Shown here in pieces: positions 52,392-62,040 of a stretch of DNA of 64,000 nt. The stretch is from Blastocatellia bacterium (GTDB lineage: Bacteria; Acidobacteriota; Blastocatellia; Pyrinomonadales; Pyrinomonadaceae). The stretch lies in the NCBI GenBank assembly GCA_003487805.1, contig DNNE01000065.1, positions 56,349 through 120,348 of the forward strand, in the 5' to 3' direction. Below the pieces are notes generated by a model. It saw only the letters and a list, made by a program, of their open reading frames with translations. It was not told the DNA's origin and ran no database searches. The first letter of the stretch is position 1, and each line of letters starts with the position of its first letter. The position numbers were made by a program, and so were the translations under genes.

Positions 52392-53926
52392 CGCATTTCC
52401 GATTGCCGATTTCCAATTGCCGATTGACGACGCGCCTTGTTTTTGTGTGCTGGGCGCTATTCGGAATCGTGCTTTTGGCGACTGAGACTTTCGCGCGGGT
52501 CGGCGGCGGACAGTCTTACGGCGGTGGCGGTGGAAGTGGTGGCGGCGGAGGCGGTGGGGCGCTCATCTATCTGGTCATTCGCCTGCTGCTCTGGTTAACG
52601 ATCGAGCATCCGGTGATCGGAATCCCAGTCGACATCATCGTAATCGCGCTGGTGATCTACTGGTTCGCAAAACCCGCGAGGAACAGCATTTCAATCGCCA
52701 CCTCAGCGGTAGTCGCAGCGCCTGACGCGGTATCGACTGCTGTTCAGCAGCAGAATTTCCAAAAAGCCTTCAATCAACTGCGCCGTTTCGATCCTAATTT
52801 TTCTGAGATCATCTTTATTGATTTTTGTTACGCCCTGTATGGCAAAGCGCATGAGGCACGCGGACGCGGCGCGAAGGCGCTGGATGAATTTTCGCCGTAC
52901 TTGAGTGAGGCAGCACGCGACTCGCTCATAAAACTAAATCCGCCCAATCTCAAATCAATTGAAGGCATCATTATCGGCGCGATGCAGGTCATTGATGTAC
53001 AAGGACTGGACACGCCAACCGTAACGATCGCCCTGGGGTTTGAGACGAACTATACGGAAGTCGTCGATGGCAAACAGATGACTTACTACGTGCGTGAGCG
53101 TTGGTCGCTGGACCGAAAGCGCGACGCGCTTTCACCCACCCCGGAACATGCGACCGCTTTGCACTGTCCGCGTTGTGGCGCGCCTTTGCAAAAGGACACG
53201 AATGGAGCCTGCGCTTTTTGCAGCACGAAGATCGAAAGCGGCGAATTCCAGTGGTACGTGCAGAGCATCAGCACTCTCAGTCGCGAGGCGCGCGGGCCGT
53301 TGCTGACTTCTGATGTGCCCGAAGTCGGCACCAACTATCCGACGATCACGCAACCGAATTTCCCGGCGGTGCGCGTGGCTTTTGAGCAAAATAACCCCTC
53401 GTTCTCGTGGGGCGATTTCCAGGCGCGCGCGAGAATGATCTTTAATGAGCTGCAAACCGCCTGGTCAACTCTGAAATGGGAACGCGCGCGCCCGTTCGAA
53501 ACGGACAATATTTTTCAGATGCATCGTTACTGGATCGAGGCGTACCAGCGGCAGGGTTTGAGGAACGCGCTTGACCAGTGTCAAATTACGGCGATGCAGC
53601 CGACCAGGATCAAAGTCGATGCATTCTACAACGCAATCACGCTTCGCATTTTCGCCCAAGGGTACGACTACACTGTGAGCCAGAGTGGACAAGTTGTGGC
53701 CGGCTCGAACAAAAACCTCAGAAAGTGGAGTGAATACTGGACATTTGTGCGCCACAGTAAAGCGAAGCCCGCGGCCGCGCGCGCGGATCTGAATTGCCCG
53801 AATTGTGGTGCGCCTTTGAAAGTCAACGCGACCGGCATCTGCGAGTTCTGCGGTGGAAAGATAACCTCAGGAGAGTTCGACTGGGTGCTTTCCAAGATCG
53901 AGCAGGACGAAAGCTACTCGGGATAG
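52388..53926 (+). CDS. membrane protein with Gly-rich linker and two Tim44-like + zinc-ribbon modules
   Basis: ATGA overlap with the upstream gene. TM, then GGGQSYGGGGGSGGGGGGGA, then a second TM. Two repeats end in CPRCGAPLQKDTNGACAFCSTKIESGEFQWYV and CPNCGAPLKVNATGICEFCGGKITSGEFDWVL. Confidence 0.65.
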   Translation: MTHFRLPISNCRLTTRLVFVCWALFGIVLLATETFARVGGGQSYGGGGGSGGGGGGGALIYLVIRLLLWLTIEHPVIGIPVDIIVIALVIYWFAKPARNSISIATSAVVAAPDAVSTAVQQQNFQKAFNQLRRFDPNFSEIIFIDFCYALYGKAHEARGRGAKALDEFSPYLSEAARDSLIKLNPPNLKSIEGIIIGAMQVIDVQGLDTPTVTIALGFETNYTEVVDGKQMTYYVRERWSLDRKRDALSPTPEHATALHCPRCGAPLQKDTNGACAFCSTKIESGEFQWYVQSISTLSREARGPLLTSDVPEVGTNYPTITQPNFPAVRVAFEQNNPSFSWGDFQARARMIFNELQTAWSTLKWERARPFETDNIFQMHRYWIEAYQRQGLRNALDQCQITAMQPTRIKVDAFYNAITLRIFAQGYDYTVSQSGQVVAGSNKNLRKWSEYWTFVRHSKAKPAAARADLNCPNCGAPLKVNATGICEFCGGKITSGEFDWVLSKIEQDESYSG

Positions 53927-53965
53927 TCGGGCGGTCTCTCGGGCAGAAGCAAAACAATTATTTTC

Positions 53966-54076
53966 CATTTGTCATTGGACATTTGTCATTTGCTCAGCTG
54001 TTCGTAAGAAACCACCCACATTTGAATCTCAGACTCGCGACAGAATATCCAAATGACAAACGTCCAATGACAAATG
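53966..54076. repeat. low-complexity 'word' palindrome (CATTTGTCATTGG words)
   Basis: The left arm CATTTGTCATTGGACATTTGTCATTTG (53966-53992) matches the reverse complement of 54050-54076 at 26/27. Confidence 0.85.
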
Positions 54077-54281
54077 ATAAATAGTGCTTTCTCTGGCCCA
54101 GCGATGGCGGTGTTAACTCCATGTGTACGCTAGAGCCTTGACGCTGCCTCAGGGCGCTTGCTAGACTCAAATCAGTTCAACGTATTGACCCGATCACCAA
54201 TCTCTCGTTTGGAAGTTTTTTCTATCAGCCGCGCAAAGATGCGACTAGCCAGGTGCTCGTAAAACTGTCGGAGGTGAAAAG

Positions 54282-54827
54282 GTGGGCTTCAAGGTCGGCC
54301 AGAAAGTCGTTTACCCCAACCACGGTATCGGCACAATCGAACAAATAGAGCAGAAGCAGATCGGCGCGGTAGCGCTGCCGTTTTATACGCTTCGGCTCGC
54401 CGCAACGAATTCCCTCGTTCTGGTTCCCGTTTCCAACGCCAATGAGGTGGGCCTTCGCCGGCCCATAACTTCCAGTGAGTGCGACGTGCTCTTCAAGTCT
54501 CTGTCGAGCGACTTTGCCACGCCGCCGAATGATTGGAAGGACCGCTTTAAGGATTTTTCGGACAAGATGCGCACCGGAAATATCTTTGAAGTTGCTGAGG
54601 TGCTGAAACATCTTAGTTATCTTAGCCAGATTAAACCACTCTCATTCCGGGAACAGCGAATGTTTGAGCGCTCCCGCTATCTGGTCGTTTCGGAACTTGC
54701 CGCAGTTTGTCGTCAACCCGAATGCAATATCGAACCTCGCGTTGATGATGCCCTGACACAAGCATGTTCCAGGCACGATCAGCGACCCAACGGTCGGGCG
54801 CGCGCGGCGGTTGCCGGCGCGCATTGA
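54282..54827 (+). CDS. carD: CarD/CdnL-family RNA-polymerase-binding transcription factor
   Basis: GGAGG 7 nt before GTG. FKVGQKVVYPNHGIGTIEQIEQKQIGAVALPFYTLRL...VLVPV is the CarD_CdnL_TRCF signature. Confidence 0.85.
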   Translation: MGFKVGQKVVYPNHGIGTIEQIEQKQIGAVALPFYTLRLAATNSLVLVPVSNANEVGLRRPITSSECDVLFKSLSSDFATPPNDWKDRFKDFSDKMRTGNIFEVAEVLKHLSYLSQIKPLSFREQRMFERSRYLVVSELAAVCRQPECNIEPRVDDALTQACSRHDQRPNGRARAAVAGAH

Positions 54828-54946
54828 AAGTTAACAAGCCCAACAAATTAGTGCGGCTTGCCCTGATTGGTCGTCGTGTGTCCGCTCAGGTTCGGCGGCG
54901 ATCGTGTTAAGATACCGGGCAAATACTCCTGCTTTGTTGATGCGAA

Positions 54947-56362
54947 ATGGATGATCCTGCGAGTTACTCTCTAGCCATTCTGGCTGACGGCGTACAGCAC
55001 TCCACGACCGTACTTACGATCTTCGCAAAGTTGTTTGCGGTATTGTTTTTTGTCGTCGCAAACGGTTTTTTCGTGGGCGCTGAATTCGCGCTGGTGTCTG
55101 TGCGGCGAACCCGCCTGGAAACTCGAGCCGCCGCGGGCAGCAGCCGCGCGCAAGCGGCGCTACGGCTCATAGACGATCCGACATTCTTTATTTCAGCCAC
55201 GCAATTGGGCATTACGATCGCATCCCTCGCCCTGGGATGGATTGGCGAGCCAACTGTCGCGACGTTATTGGAACCGATTGCCGCGGCGGTCGCTCCGCCG
55301 GGCAGGGCGGCGGCGATCGCTCATGTGTTAGCGATTGTGCTCGCCTTCGCGAGCATCACCTTCCTGCATATCGTCCTGGGCGAGCTAATGCCCAAAATGT
55401 TCGCGCTGGAACGCGCTGAGGGTTTGGCCCTGGTCGTCTCGCGCCCGCTGGAGTTGTTCGCAAAAGTCTTTCGCCCGTTTATCTTTGTCTTCAACCGAAC
55501 AGGTCAAAGTCTGGCCCGCGTGCTTGGCTTCGAAGCTTCGTTACAGCATGCGGCCGTCTACAGCGAGACGGAGTTACGGCAGCTAATCGATATCTCAAGA
55601 GAAAGCGGTCACCTGCGCGCCGAAGAACGACGGCTGATTCATCGGGTGTTTGAATTCTCAGACACACTGGTGCGCGAGGCCATGGTGCCGCGACCGGCAA
55701 TCGCCGCTCTGTCGGCTGACTGTTCACTCGCGGATATCACCGCGGCTTTTCAGCAACACCGGTATTCACGTCTGCCCGTTTATCGCGATTCGCTGGACAA
55801 CGTAATTGGCTTTATTCACAGCAAGGATTTGATTCCTTACCTGCTGCGACCGCAGGACTTCAAACTGGAATACGTGTTACAGCCGCCGATGTACGTTGTC
55901 GACACGGCGCGTCTGGAGGACGTACTGCGGCAAATGCAGAAAGCAAAGTCTCATTTCGGATTTGTCGTCGACGAGCATGGAGGCGTCGAAGGGATCATCA
56001 CGCTCGAAGATTTGCTGGAAGAGATCGTCGGCGATATTTCTGACGAGCATGATGAGGAAGTCAACGAGCAAATCACGCCAGTCAGCGATCGAAGTTATAT
56101 CCTTGATGGCGCGCTGGCGGTGCGCGATCTGAATCGGCGGTTAAAGACTTCGTTGCCTGAGTCCGAAGGCTATACCACGATAGGCGGTTTCCTGATGAGC
56201 GTCGCCGGTCACGTTCTTCAACCCGGTGAGGAGATTGAACACGTAGGGCTGCGTTTTGTAATTGAAAAGGTCGAGCGCCGCCGGTTGCTGCGAGTACGAT
56301 TGGAACTGCCGGAAAAGAAAGTTGACACCAACGCGACGGAAACGGCCAACGCGGCGCGCTGA
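54947..56362 (+). CDS. CNNM/CorC-type transporter (DUF21 - CBS pair - CorC_HlyC)
   Basis: N-terminal 4-TM DUF21 (NGFFVGAEFALVSVRR). CBS pair (VREAMVPR..., VVDEHGGVEGIITLEDLLEEIVG). C-terminal CorC_HlyC. Confidence 0.85.
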   Translation: MDDPASYSLAILADGVQHSTTVLTIFAKLFAVLFFVVANGFFVGAEFALVSVRRTRLETRAAAGSSRAQAALRLIDDPTFFISATQLGITIASLALGWIGEPTVATLLEPIAAAVAPPGRAAAIAHVLAIVLAFASITFLHIVLGELMPKMFALERAEGLALVVSRPLELFAKVFRPFIFVFNRTGQSLARVLGFEASLQHAAVYSETELRQLIDISRESGHLRAEERRLIHRVFEFSDTLVREAMVPRPAIAALSADCSLADITAAFQQHRYSRLPVYRDSLDNVIGFIHSKDLIPYLLRPQDFKLEYVLQPPMYVVDTARLEDVLRQMQKAKSHFGFVVDEHGGVEGIITLEDLLEEIVGDISDEHDEEVNEQITPVSDRSYILDGALAVRDLNRRLKTSLPESEGYTTIGGFLMSVAGHVLQPGEEIEHVGLRFVIEKVERRRLLRVRLELPEKKVDTNATETANAAR

Positions 56363-56403
56363 AGACTCATAGACAAACCTAAGTCCCGCCCAATCTTTCA
56401 AGG

Positions 56404-57948
56404 ATGCCCAGGACTAATGCACGAAAAGGCTTCTTCATCTTCACTGCAACTGTTATGAGTGTGTTAAGCGCCAGCGGGGTTTGGTGGGCGCAAACTCCTC
56501 CAGCCAATCGACCTCAATCAAACAAGCCTTCAAGCAGTTCGCCGGCGAACACGGCCTTCTCACAAGCCAACGATGAAACCAGACTCCAACTTGAAAGTCT
56601 GATTGCGCTAGCGCATTCCGCCTCTCCCGAGGTTGAAGCGGATCTGCTGTTCACTACAGTGTCGTTGAACCTAATCCCCGATAAACGGCGTCAAATTGAA
56701 TTGCTCGACGAGGCATTTCAAACCGCATCTCGGGTGAAAGAGCCAATCAGAAAGAAGTCGTGGGGACTACTGGTGGATACGCGTTCTGGCTATAAGCAAA
56801 GAGCGTTTGACCTGCAGTTAGACCGCCTTTCGATACAAAGTCAGGCCATTCTGAAAACGATTCCGCTCGACTCTCCGCGTGCCAGAATAATGCTCCAGAG
56901 TGTCGCCCTCCCGAAAACCGAGTCATTGGATTGCAAAGACTCGTTAGTGCCCGACTTCAGCGCCTATTATCAGATGGTTATGTTGGTCGCCGAGCACTGC
57001 TTTACGCCTGATGAGATCAAAGCCCAATCTCATGTCCAACTAATAACTGATCAGCTCGACGGCATTAAGTCAGTTTCCCAGGCCACTGCGGCTCTGAAGG
57101 CGTTGGCGGGTGCAACACTATCAGACGAAGAATTCTCGCGGATACTAGTTAGTCTCGCAAATGCATTTGCACGAGCCTCGGCCGATCCCCGCGCTTTTGC
57201 GTTTGCTCTGCAGCGCGATGGACTTGTCACGGTCGCGGCGAACTTTATTGCCACGCTTAAGAAGCGCGGTATTCCAACCGATGAGTTCACCGCCAAGATT
57301 CACGATTTCTTAATAAGGAACATGTCAGGAGAAGTTTGTGCAGATGCAAACTGGATCAAGCAGCAGCGAGTGGTTATGCCGCGCGAACTGGAGGCGATCA
57401 ACTTACAGTTCAAGTCCCCCATTACAACCGACGAGCTAAGTCCAGCGCGATTCGGGGAAGAGTCCGTTGATGCTAAGTATTGGATGACCCCAAAGGCCAA
57501 GAGCCTTCTACAGATGGCCAAGGCCTTGCGCTTTGCTGAAGATGAACGGCCTTTGTCGCCGGAGGACCGCACCACCGAAGAATGGCATCGAAAGCTCCTG
57601 GCATTTCTGGATCAACTCGAAGGCTGGGACGCAACATCCGAACTGTCTGAAGACGATTATTTCCAGCAAAGATGCAATATGTACTGGGTCCTGGTCGATC
57701 TTTGCCCCGATGATCTCCAGCGGGATGCGGTGCTAAGAGCGTATGGGAAGTACCTCAAAGAAATGAACGACACGTACAAGGGTCGTATTGAGTGGATATC
57801 TCCGGTCAAGGATTATCTGATGATATTGCGCACAAAAAACAAGAAGATAGTGAAGTCATCATTGGACCCGTGGTTGTCCTCAAGCGACAGCACGCTGAGA
57901 ATCTATGCCGAGCTGGCAACCCTGAACCCTGGGTCCAAACCTTCGTGA
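56404..57948 (+). CDS. secreted hypothetical protein (514 aa)
   Basis: Signal FFIFTATVMSVLSASGVWWAQ. Helical-looking. No family recognised. The 3' end overlaps the convergent gene by 46 nt. Confidence 0.55.
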   Translation: MPRTNARKGFFIFTATVMSVLSASGVWWAQTPPANRPQSNKPSSSSPANTAFSQANDETRLQLESLIALAHSASPEVEADLLFTTVSLNLIPDKRRQIELLDEAFQTASRVKEPIRKKSWGLLVDTRSGYKQRAFDLQLDRLSIQSQAILKTIPLDSPRARIMLQSVALPKTESLDCKDSLVPDFSAYYQMVMLVAEHCFTPDEIKAQSHVQLITDQLDGIKSVSQATAALKALAGATLSDEEFSRILVSLANAFARASADPRAFAFALQRDGLVTVAANFIATLKKRGIPTDEFTAKIHDFLIRNMSGEVCADANWIKQQRVVMPRELEAINLQFKSPITTDELSPARFGEESVDAKYWMTPKAKSLLQMAKALRFAEDERPLSPEDRTTEEWHRKLLAFLDQLEGWDATSELSEDDYFQQRCNMYWVLVDLCPDDLQRDAVLRAYGKYLKEMNDTYKGRIEWISPVKDYLMILRTKNKKIVKSSLDPWLSSSDSTLRIYAELATLNPGSKPS

Positions 57949-58973
57949 TCGCTGGCGCGAAACAGGTTACTGCTAAACCGTTTCTGCTTATCCAGCCATG
58001 TTTGCTCTAAATCGAAGCCAGTCTCTTTTCCCAAACGTCTGAGGTCCTCCAGATCATATTTGCAAGCACTCTCGACATAGATCCTTTCGCCGGCTTCGAG
58101 ATGAATCGACATATTCAATTCACGAATCTCGACAGACTGGGCCCGCAGGCTCTCCAGATAAACCTCCACGCGTCCGGCCTGTTCGTTGTAAAAAGAGCGC
58201 AGGCCGAAAGCCCATAAGTCGAAATTCGCGTTGAACTCTCGATTGATGCGACCGAGTTCGTTGACGATGAAGGCTCGGGTTACTCCCAACGAATCGTTGT
58301 ACGCAGCCTCGAGCGTTTGGGGAGCCTTCTTCAGATCGGCGCCCAGCAGCAAAACATCTTCAGGCCGTAGCACGCGACGAATCGTGGTCAAAAAATTTCG
58401 GGCGTCAGCAGGCTCGAAGTTGCCGATGTTCGATCCGAGGAAGAGAACCAACACCGGGTGCGGCCCCAGCGGCGGCAAGGCGTCGAGGGCCTGAAAGTAA
58501 TCGGCGGCATACGCGTTAATTCTCAACCGTGGATACGAGTCGAGCAGGGCGTGCGAACTTTCTGCGAGTGCCGACGCCGAGATGTCCACGGGAATGAAAA
58601 GCAGTTCCTGACGCTGCTTCATGAACGCGTCTATGATGGTCCGCGTTTTCTCGGCGCTGCCGCTGCCCAGTTCGATCAATGTGTCGCAGTTGGGAATCCC
58701 GGCGATGATCTCATCGGCGTGAGTTTTGAGAATTTCGTCTTCCGCGCGGGTCAGATAGTATTCGTCAACCTCACAAATCGCTTCGAACAGACGGGAGCCA
58801 AGTTCATCGTATAAATATTTTGGGAAGAGATGTTTCGGCGAGGATGATAGGCCCTCACGAATGTCCTGAGAGAATTCGGCGTGGCCGTTGCGTTGCGCCA
58901 GATCGTGTATGACCAAACGCGAACGTGGTTCGCCGAGCTTTGCCTGGTTAGTCAGATTCTCTCCGTTTTGCAC
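57903..58973 (-). CDS. egtD: EgtD-like SAM-dependent histidine N-alpha-methyltransferase (Methyltransf_33)
   Basis: ...FSQDIREGLSSSPKHLFPKYLYDELGSRLFEAICEVDEYYLTRAEDEIL...LIELGSGSAEKT...FLGSNIGNF. Confidence 0.7.
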   Translation of the reverse strand: MQNGENLTNQAKLGEPRSRLVIHDLAQRNGHAEFSQDIREGLSSSPKHLFPKYLYDELGSRLFEAICEVDEYYLTRAEDEILKTHADEIIAGIPNCDTLIELGSGSAEKTRTIIDAFMKQRQELLFIPVDISASALAESSHALLDSYPRLRINAYAADYFQALDALPPLGPHPVLVLFLGSNIGNFEPADARNFLTTIRRVLRPEDVLLLGADLKKAPQTLEAAYNDSLGVTRAFIVNELGRINREFNANFDLWAFGLRSFYNEQAGRVEVYLESLRAQSVEIRELNMSIHLEAGERIYVESACKYDLEDLRRLGKETGFDLEQTWLDKQKRFSSNLFRASDHEGLDPGFRVASSA

Positions 58974-59029
58974 TTACGGGAAAATAATCAGATGGGGGTT
59001 GCGTTGGACGAGGGATTATACGCACGGAC

Positions 59030-59074
59030 TTCCAGGAACAGAAAGGGCAGTCGAGGGATAAACTCGACTGCCCT
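59030..59074 (-). terminator. hairpin terminator downstream of the PDZ gene
   Basis: AGGGCAGTCGAG-GGATAAA-CTCGACTGCCCT (12-bp perfect stem), followed on the minus strand by TTTCTGTT. Confidence 0.6.
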
Positions 59075-59155
59075 GTGATCGCCTTTCTTTAGCGAAAGTT
59101 TAGAGGAGGCACTTGTGCCGCTCAGCGCGGCATTTTAGTGGGGCGTCTAAACGAT

Positions 59156-60250
59156 TCAGATGATGATTGTTCGCACTCGTGGCGGACGCGGCGCTCGCGC
59201 GGGAACCGTGACCTCGATCGGCGGAGTCGCGGGAATCGCAATCCGCGGAACGCGAATGTTCATCTCAGGGATCGTCGGAAATGCGACTGAAGGAATCATG
59301 ACGCGGCGCGTTCCCATCGTGCCCGGCCGAATAAGATTCGAGTCAGGGTTCTTTTCCGGCGTGAGGGTCACCGTGCGAGTGTTACGATCGCGCACGATCG
59401 TCAGCGATACGTCGCCGGTTTCTTTCTTGTTCAAGCCGCGCGTGATATCACCCGGCGAAGAAACTTTTTCGCCGTCGATGGCGGTGATGACGTCGCCAGC
59501 TTTCAATCCGGCTTTCGTTGCCGGAGTGTTATCGACAACCGAAGTTATCAGTACGCCGCCGTCCTTTACGCCAAAGTAATCAGCCAGTTGTTTCGTGAGC
59601 GCTTGCGTGCTGACGCCAATGCGACGGTTGGCGCCGAGCGACATGATGAAGGGGCCATCGCCGCCGCCAATCGAGGGCGGCCAATTCGATTGCGGGAGGA
59701 CGCGAAGATCGTCATCGTTGCTGCCACGCAGAATTCTCGGCATTGTTGAGCCGAACACATTATCCATTTTGTGTTTCGCCAGCGTCGCGCTTAGCTCTTG
59801 TTCAGCGCCACCGCGGCTGATGGTTATGCGCACATTTTGATCGGGCGACGACTCGTTGATGAGACGAGTTAGCTTGCGCACACTCGTAACTGATTCGTCG
59901 TCGAATCGCACGATTACGTCGTCTTTGCGCAGACCGGCTTTTTCTGCGGGACTGTCTTTCGAGACCTCAGTCACGCCGACGCCGCGCACTTCACGCATGC
60001 CATAGCGCGCCATGTTTTCTTTGCTGATGTCTTCGGTGCCGACGCCGAGGAAGGCGCCGCCGTCAAGAAAGAACGAAAGGCTGCGTGCGCCGGGCTCTTG
60101 TGACTCTTGAGCCTCTGCGTCCAGCAATGCGCGCAATGTTTGAGCTTGCGGAGTAGGCGCTTCCTGCGCGTATACAATTCCACCGGCGATAGCGCCGGCC
60201 GAAACGACCAAAGCTATGATTAAGGCCAATTTCTTACGAGACATGTCCAA
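59156..60250 (-). CDS. membrane-anchored protein with two PDZ domains
   Basis: N-terminal TM KLALIIALVVSAGAIAGGIV. Two PDZ-like units (GVGVTEVSKDSPAEKAGLRKDDVIVRFD; GVLITSVVDNTPATKAGLKAGDVITAIDG). Confidence 0.75.
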   Translation of the reverse strand: MDMSRKKLALIIALVVSAGAIAGGIVYAQEAPTPQAQTLRALLDAEAQESQEPGARSLSFFLDGGAFLGVGTEDISKENMARYGMREVRGVGVTEVSKDSPAEKAGLRKDDVIVRFDDESVTSVRKLTRLINESSPDQNVRITISRGGAEQELSATLAKHKMDNVFGSTMPRILRGSNDDDLRVLPQSNWPPSIGGGDGPFIMSLGANRRIGVSTQALTKQLADYFGVKDGGVLITSVVDNTPATKAGLKAGDVITAIDGEKVSSPGDITRGLNKKETGDVSLTIVRDRNTRTVTLTPEKNPDSNLIRPGTMGTRRVMIPSVAFPTIPEMNIRVPRIAIPATPPIEVTVPARAPRPPRVRTIII

Positions 60251-60370
60251 ATCCTCCGGAAAGATTTATGTGCTTTCACGCGCGCGGGTTGCTGAGGTTC
60301 CAAATTCTTCGCGGCGGCTTAGACAGTCGTTGGCCTGGTTTCCTTCGCGATATCTCCGGAAAATCAAAAC

Positions 60371-60427
60371 GATCCACGAAATCACACGGATGATTCTCTT
60401 CGTGTCGTTCGTGTGGCTTCGTGGATC
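60371..60427. repeat. low-complexity 'word' palindrome (CACGAA words), bidirectional terminator-like
   Basis: GATCCACGAAATCACACGG ... CGTGTGGCTTCGTGGATC, flanked by T-runs on both strands. Confidence 0.75.
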
Positions 60428-60542
60428 GATCCTTTTTTCCTGCGCCGGATCAAAACCAGTCAAAAGGGGGCACGTGTGCCGCCCGATGATGCCCGGAAAT
60501 GTCTAAATATTTGGATGCGGTTATGAGAGTTTGGACTGACGC

Positions 60543-61505
60543 TCAATCCGTCGACATTCTTCGATAGACTTCACGTCCATCGCCGATTTCCAGAGCAATT
60601 TTTCCTTCAGAGTGAGCATAGTCAAGGTGGGCCACAGCTTCCGAGACGGCCAGGAAACTATGAACGTCATCGGCATTAGGAAACACAGCGCGAGAGACTT
60701 CCCAGGCGGTCGCTCCGCTTTTTGGAATTGAAGCGATGACGCTCGTTTGCCGCTCACGAATCAATTTCAGGTAGCGATTGAAGAGTTCTTCAAAATCGTG
60801 AACGGGATCGCCGTGGCCGCCGTAGACCAGCGTGGGCGCAAAGCTCCGTACGCGAGCGAGACTTACCAGGTACTCTGCGAGCGAGCGGAAGCGTCGCGAG
60901 GGATCGATTGGATCAACTGCTATCACAGGATTAGGAGTGATGCGCTTCAGCACACAATCACCGGCGATCACTGTGCGATCCGCTTCGCGGACAAATGAAC
61001 ATGATCCCGGCGTGTGACCGGGAGTGTGAACGACGCGCAACGCGCCGGTATCAAATTCCAATTCATCGCCGTCGACGAGTTCGCGACAGTGAGCTTCATC
61101 CAACGAATCGGCATACTGGCGCACCTCTTCGTAAAGCCTGCGCATCGACTGAATCTCGTCATCAGGCACCCCGGCGCGTTGCAGCAAGCGCAAATTCTCT
61201 TCGTGCTCGAGCCGCGCGGCGCGATGGCCGGTCTCCCAGCCATGCACGAACACTTCCGCATCTTGTGCTTCATCGCGCAGAGATCGCGCCAGTCCGCAGT
61301 GATCTTCGTGGGCGTGCGTGAGCACGATGCGCCGAATGTCGCCAGTGGTTAGCCCGTTTGCTCTCAGCCCGGCACGCAAAGCGTCAATCGCGTCGCGCGT
61401 TTTTGGGCCGGTATCGATCAGCGTGACGGGATCTTCTTTGATGAGATAGACGTTGACGGCGCCGATGTAGAAGGGCGTTGGCAGCGAGATGGGGATGATT
61501 TTCAT
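60543..61505 (-). CDS. MBL-fold metallo-hydrolase
   Basis: ...VNVYLIKEDPVTLIDTG...IVLTHAHEDHCGLA...HTPGHTPGS...GHG. Confidence 0.85.
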   Translation of the reverse strand: MKIIPISLPTPFYIGAVNVYLIKEDPVTLIDTGPKTRDAIDALRAGLRANGLTTGDIRRIVLTHAHEDHCGLARSLRDEAQDAEVFVHGWETGHRAARLEHEENLRLLQRAGVPDDEIQSMRRLYEEVRQYADSLDEAHCRELVDGDELEFDTGALRVVHTPGHTPGSCSFVREADRTVIAGDCVLKRITPNPVIAVDPIDPSRRFRSLAEYLVSLARVRSFAPTLVYGGHGDPVHDFEELFNRYLKLIRERQTSVIASIPKSGATAWEVSRAVFPNADDVHSFLAVSEAVAHLDYAHSEGKIALEIGDGREVYRRMSTD

Positions 61506-61522
61506 TGAGTCACTTCAGATCG

Positions 61523-61556
61523 CAAATTTCAGATCTCAAATTTGAGATCTGAAATT
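61523..61556. repeat. perfect 34-nt palindrome AAATTTCAGATCTCAAA|TTTGAGATCTGAAATTT
   Basis: Immediately downstream of the four-helix-bundle gene. Shares the 13-mer AAATTTCAGATCT with the gene-internal segment 61733-61764. Confidence 0.9.
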
Positions 61557-61560
61557 TGAT

Positions 61561-62040
61561 TTACTTCTTGCGGTTCCGAATCTGTTCCAACTCCGCAAGG
61601 AATTCTTCTCGCTCTTGCCGTTGTTTGTCGATACGCCGCGATTGATCAGTTAGATAGCGAGTGCCACGAATATCGGTGTTCTGTAGCGAGTCTGCCCAAG
61701 CTCGCAGTTGTCGCGAGATACTTTCTGCTTTTGATTTCAGATCTGAAATTTCAGATCTGAGATCATGAAATTCTGGCAACCGCTCGATCAAACAATACAT
61801 CGATCGCGTTTCACCCGCTGATCCGCGCGAGATGTAAAGGAAGTTTAGTAACTCGTTCGTTGTGCCTCGCTCAAACCCCTCGGCAATATTATTCGAGATT
61901 GACACGACCGCATTCTCGAGTTGGTTGCGCGTTCCAGCGTGTCCACGAAAGCACGGGTTAGCGGTAAGAGCAAAGGTACGAACCGCCAGTTCAATCGCAT
62001 CCTTCCATACCGGTAGGTCTTCAAATCGTCTGTACTTCAT
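61561..62040 (-). CDS. four-helix-bundle protein (TIGR02436 / 23S rRNA intervening-sequence protein family, Avd-like)
   Basis: MKYRRFEDLPVWKDAIELAVRTFALT...QLENAVVSISNNIAEGFERGTTNELLNFLYISRGSAGE is the family signature. Unusually long C-terminal helical tail. Confidence 0.8.
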   Translation of the reverse strand: MKYRRFEDLPVWKDAIELAVRTFALTANPCFRGHAGTRNQLENAVVSISNNIAEGFERGTTNELLNFLYISRGSAGETRSMYCLIERLPEFHDLRSEISDLKSKAESISRQLRAWADSLQNTDIRGTRYLTDQSRRIDKQRQEREEFLAELEQIRNRKK

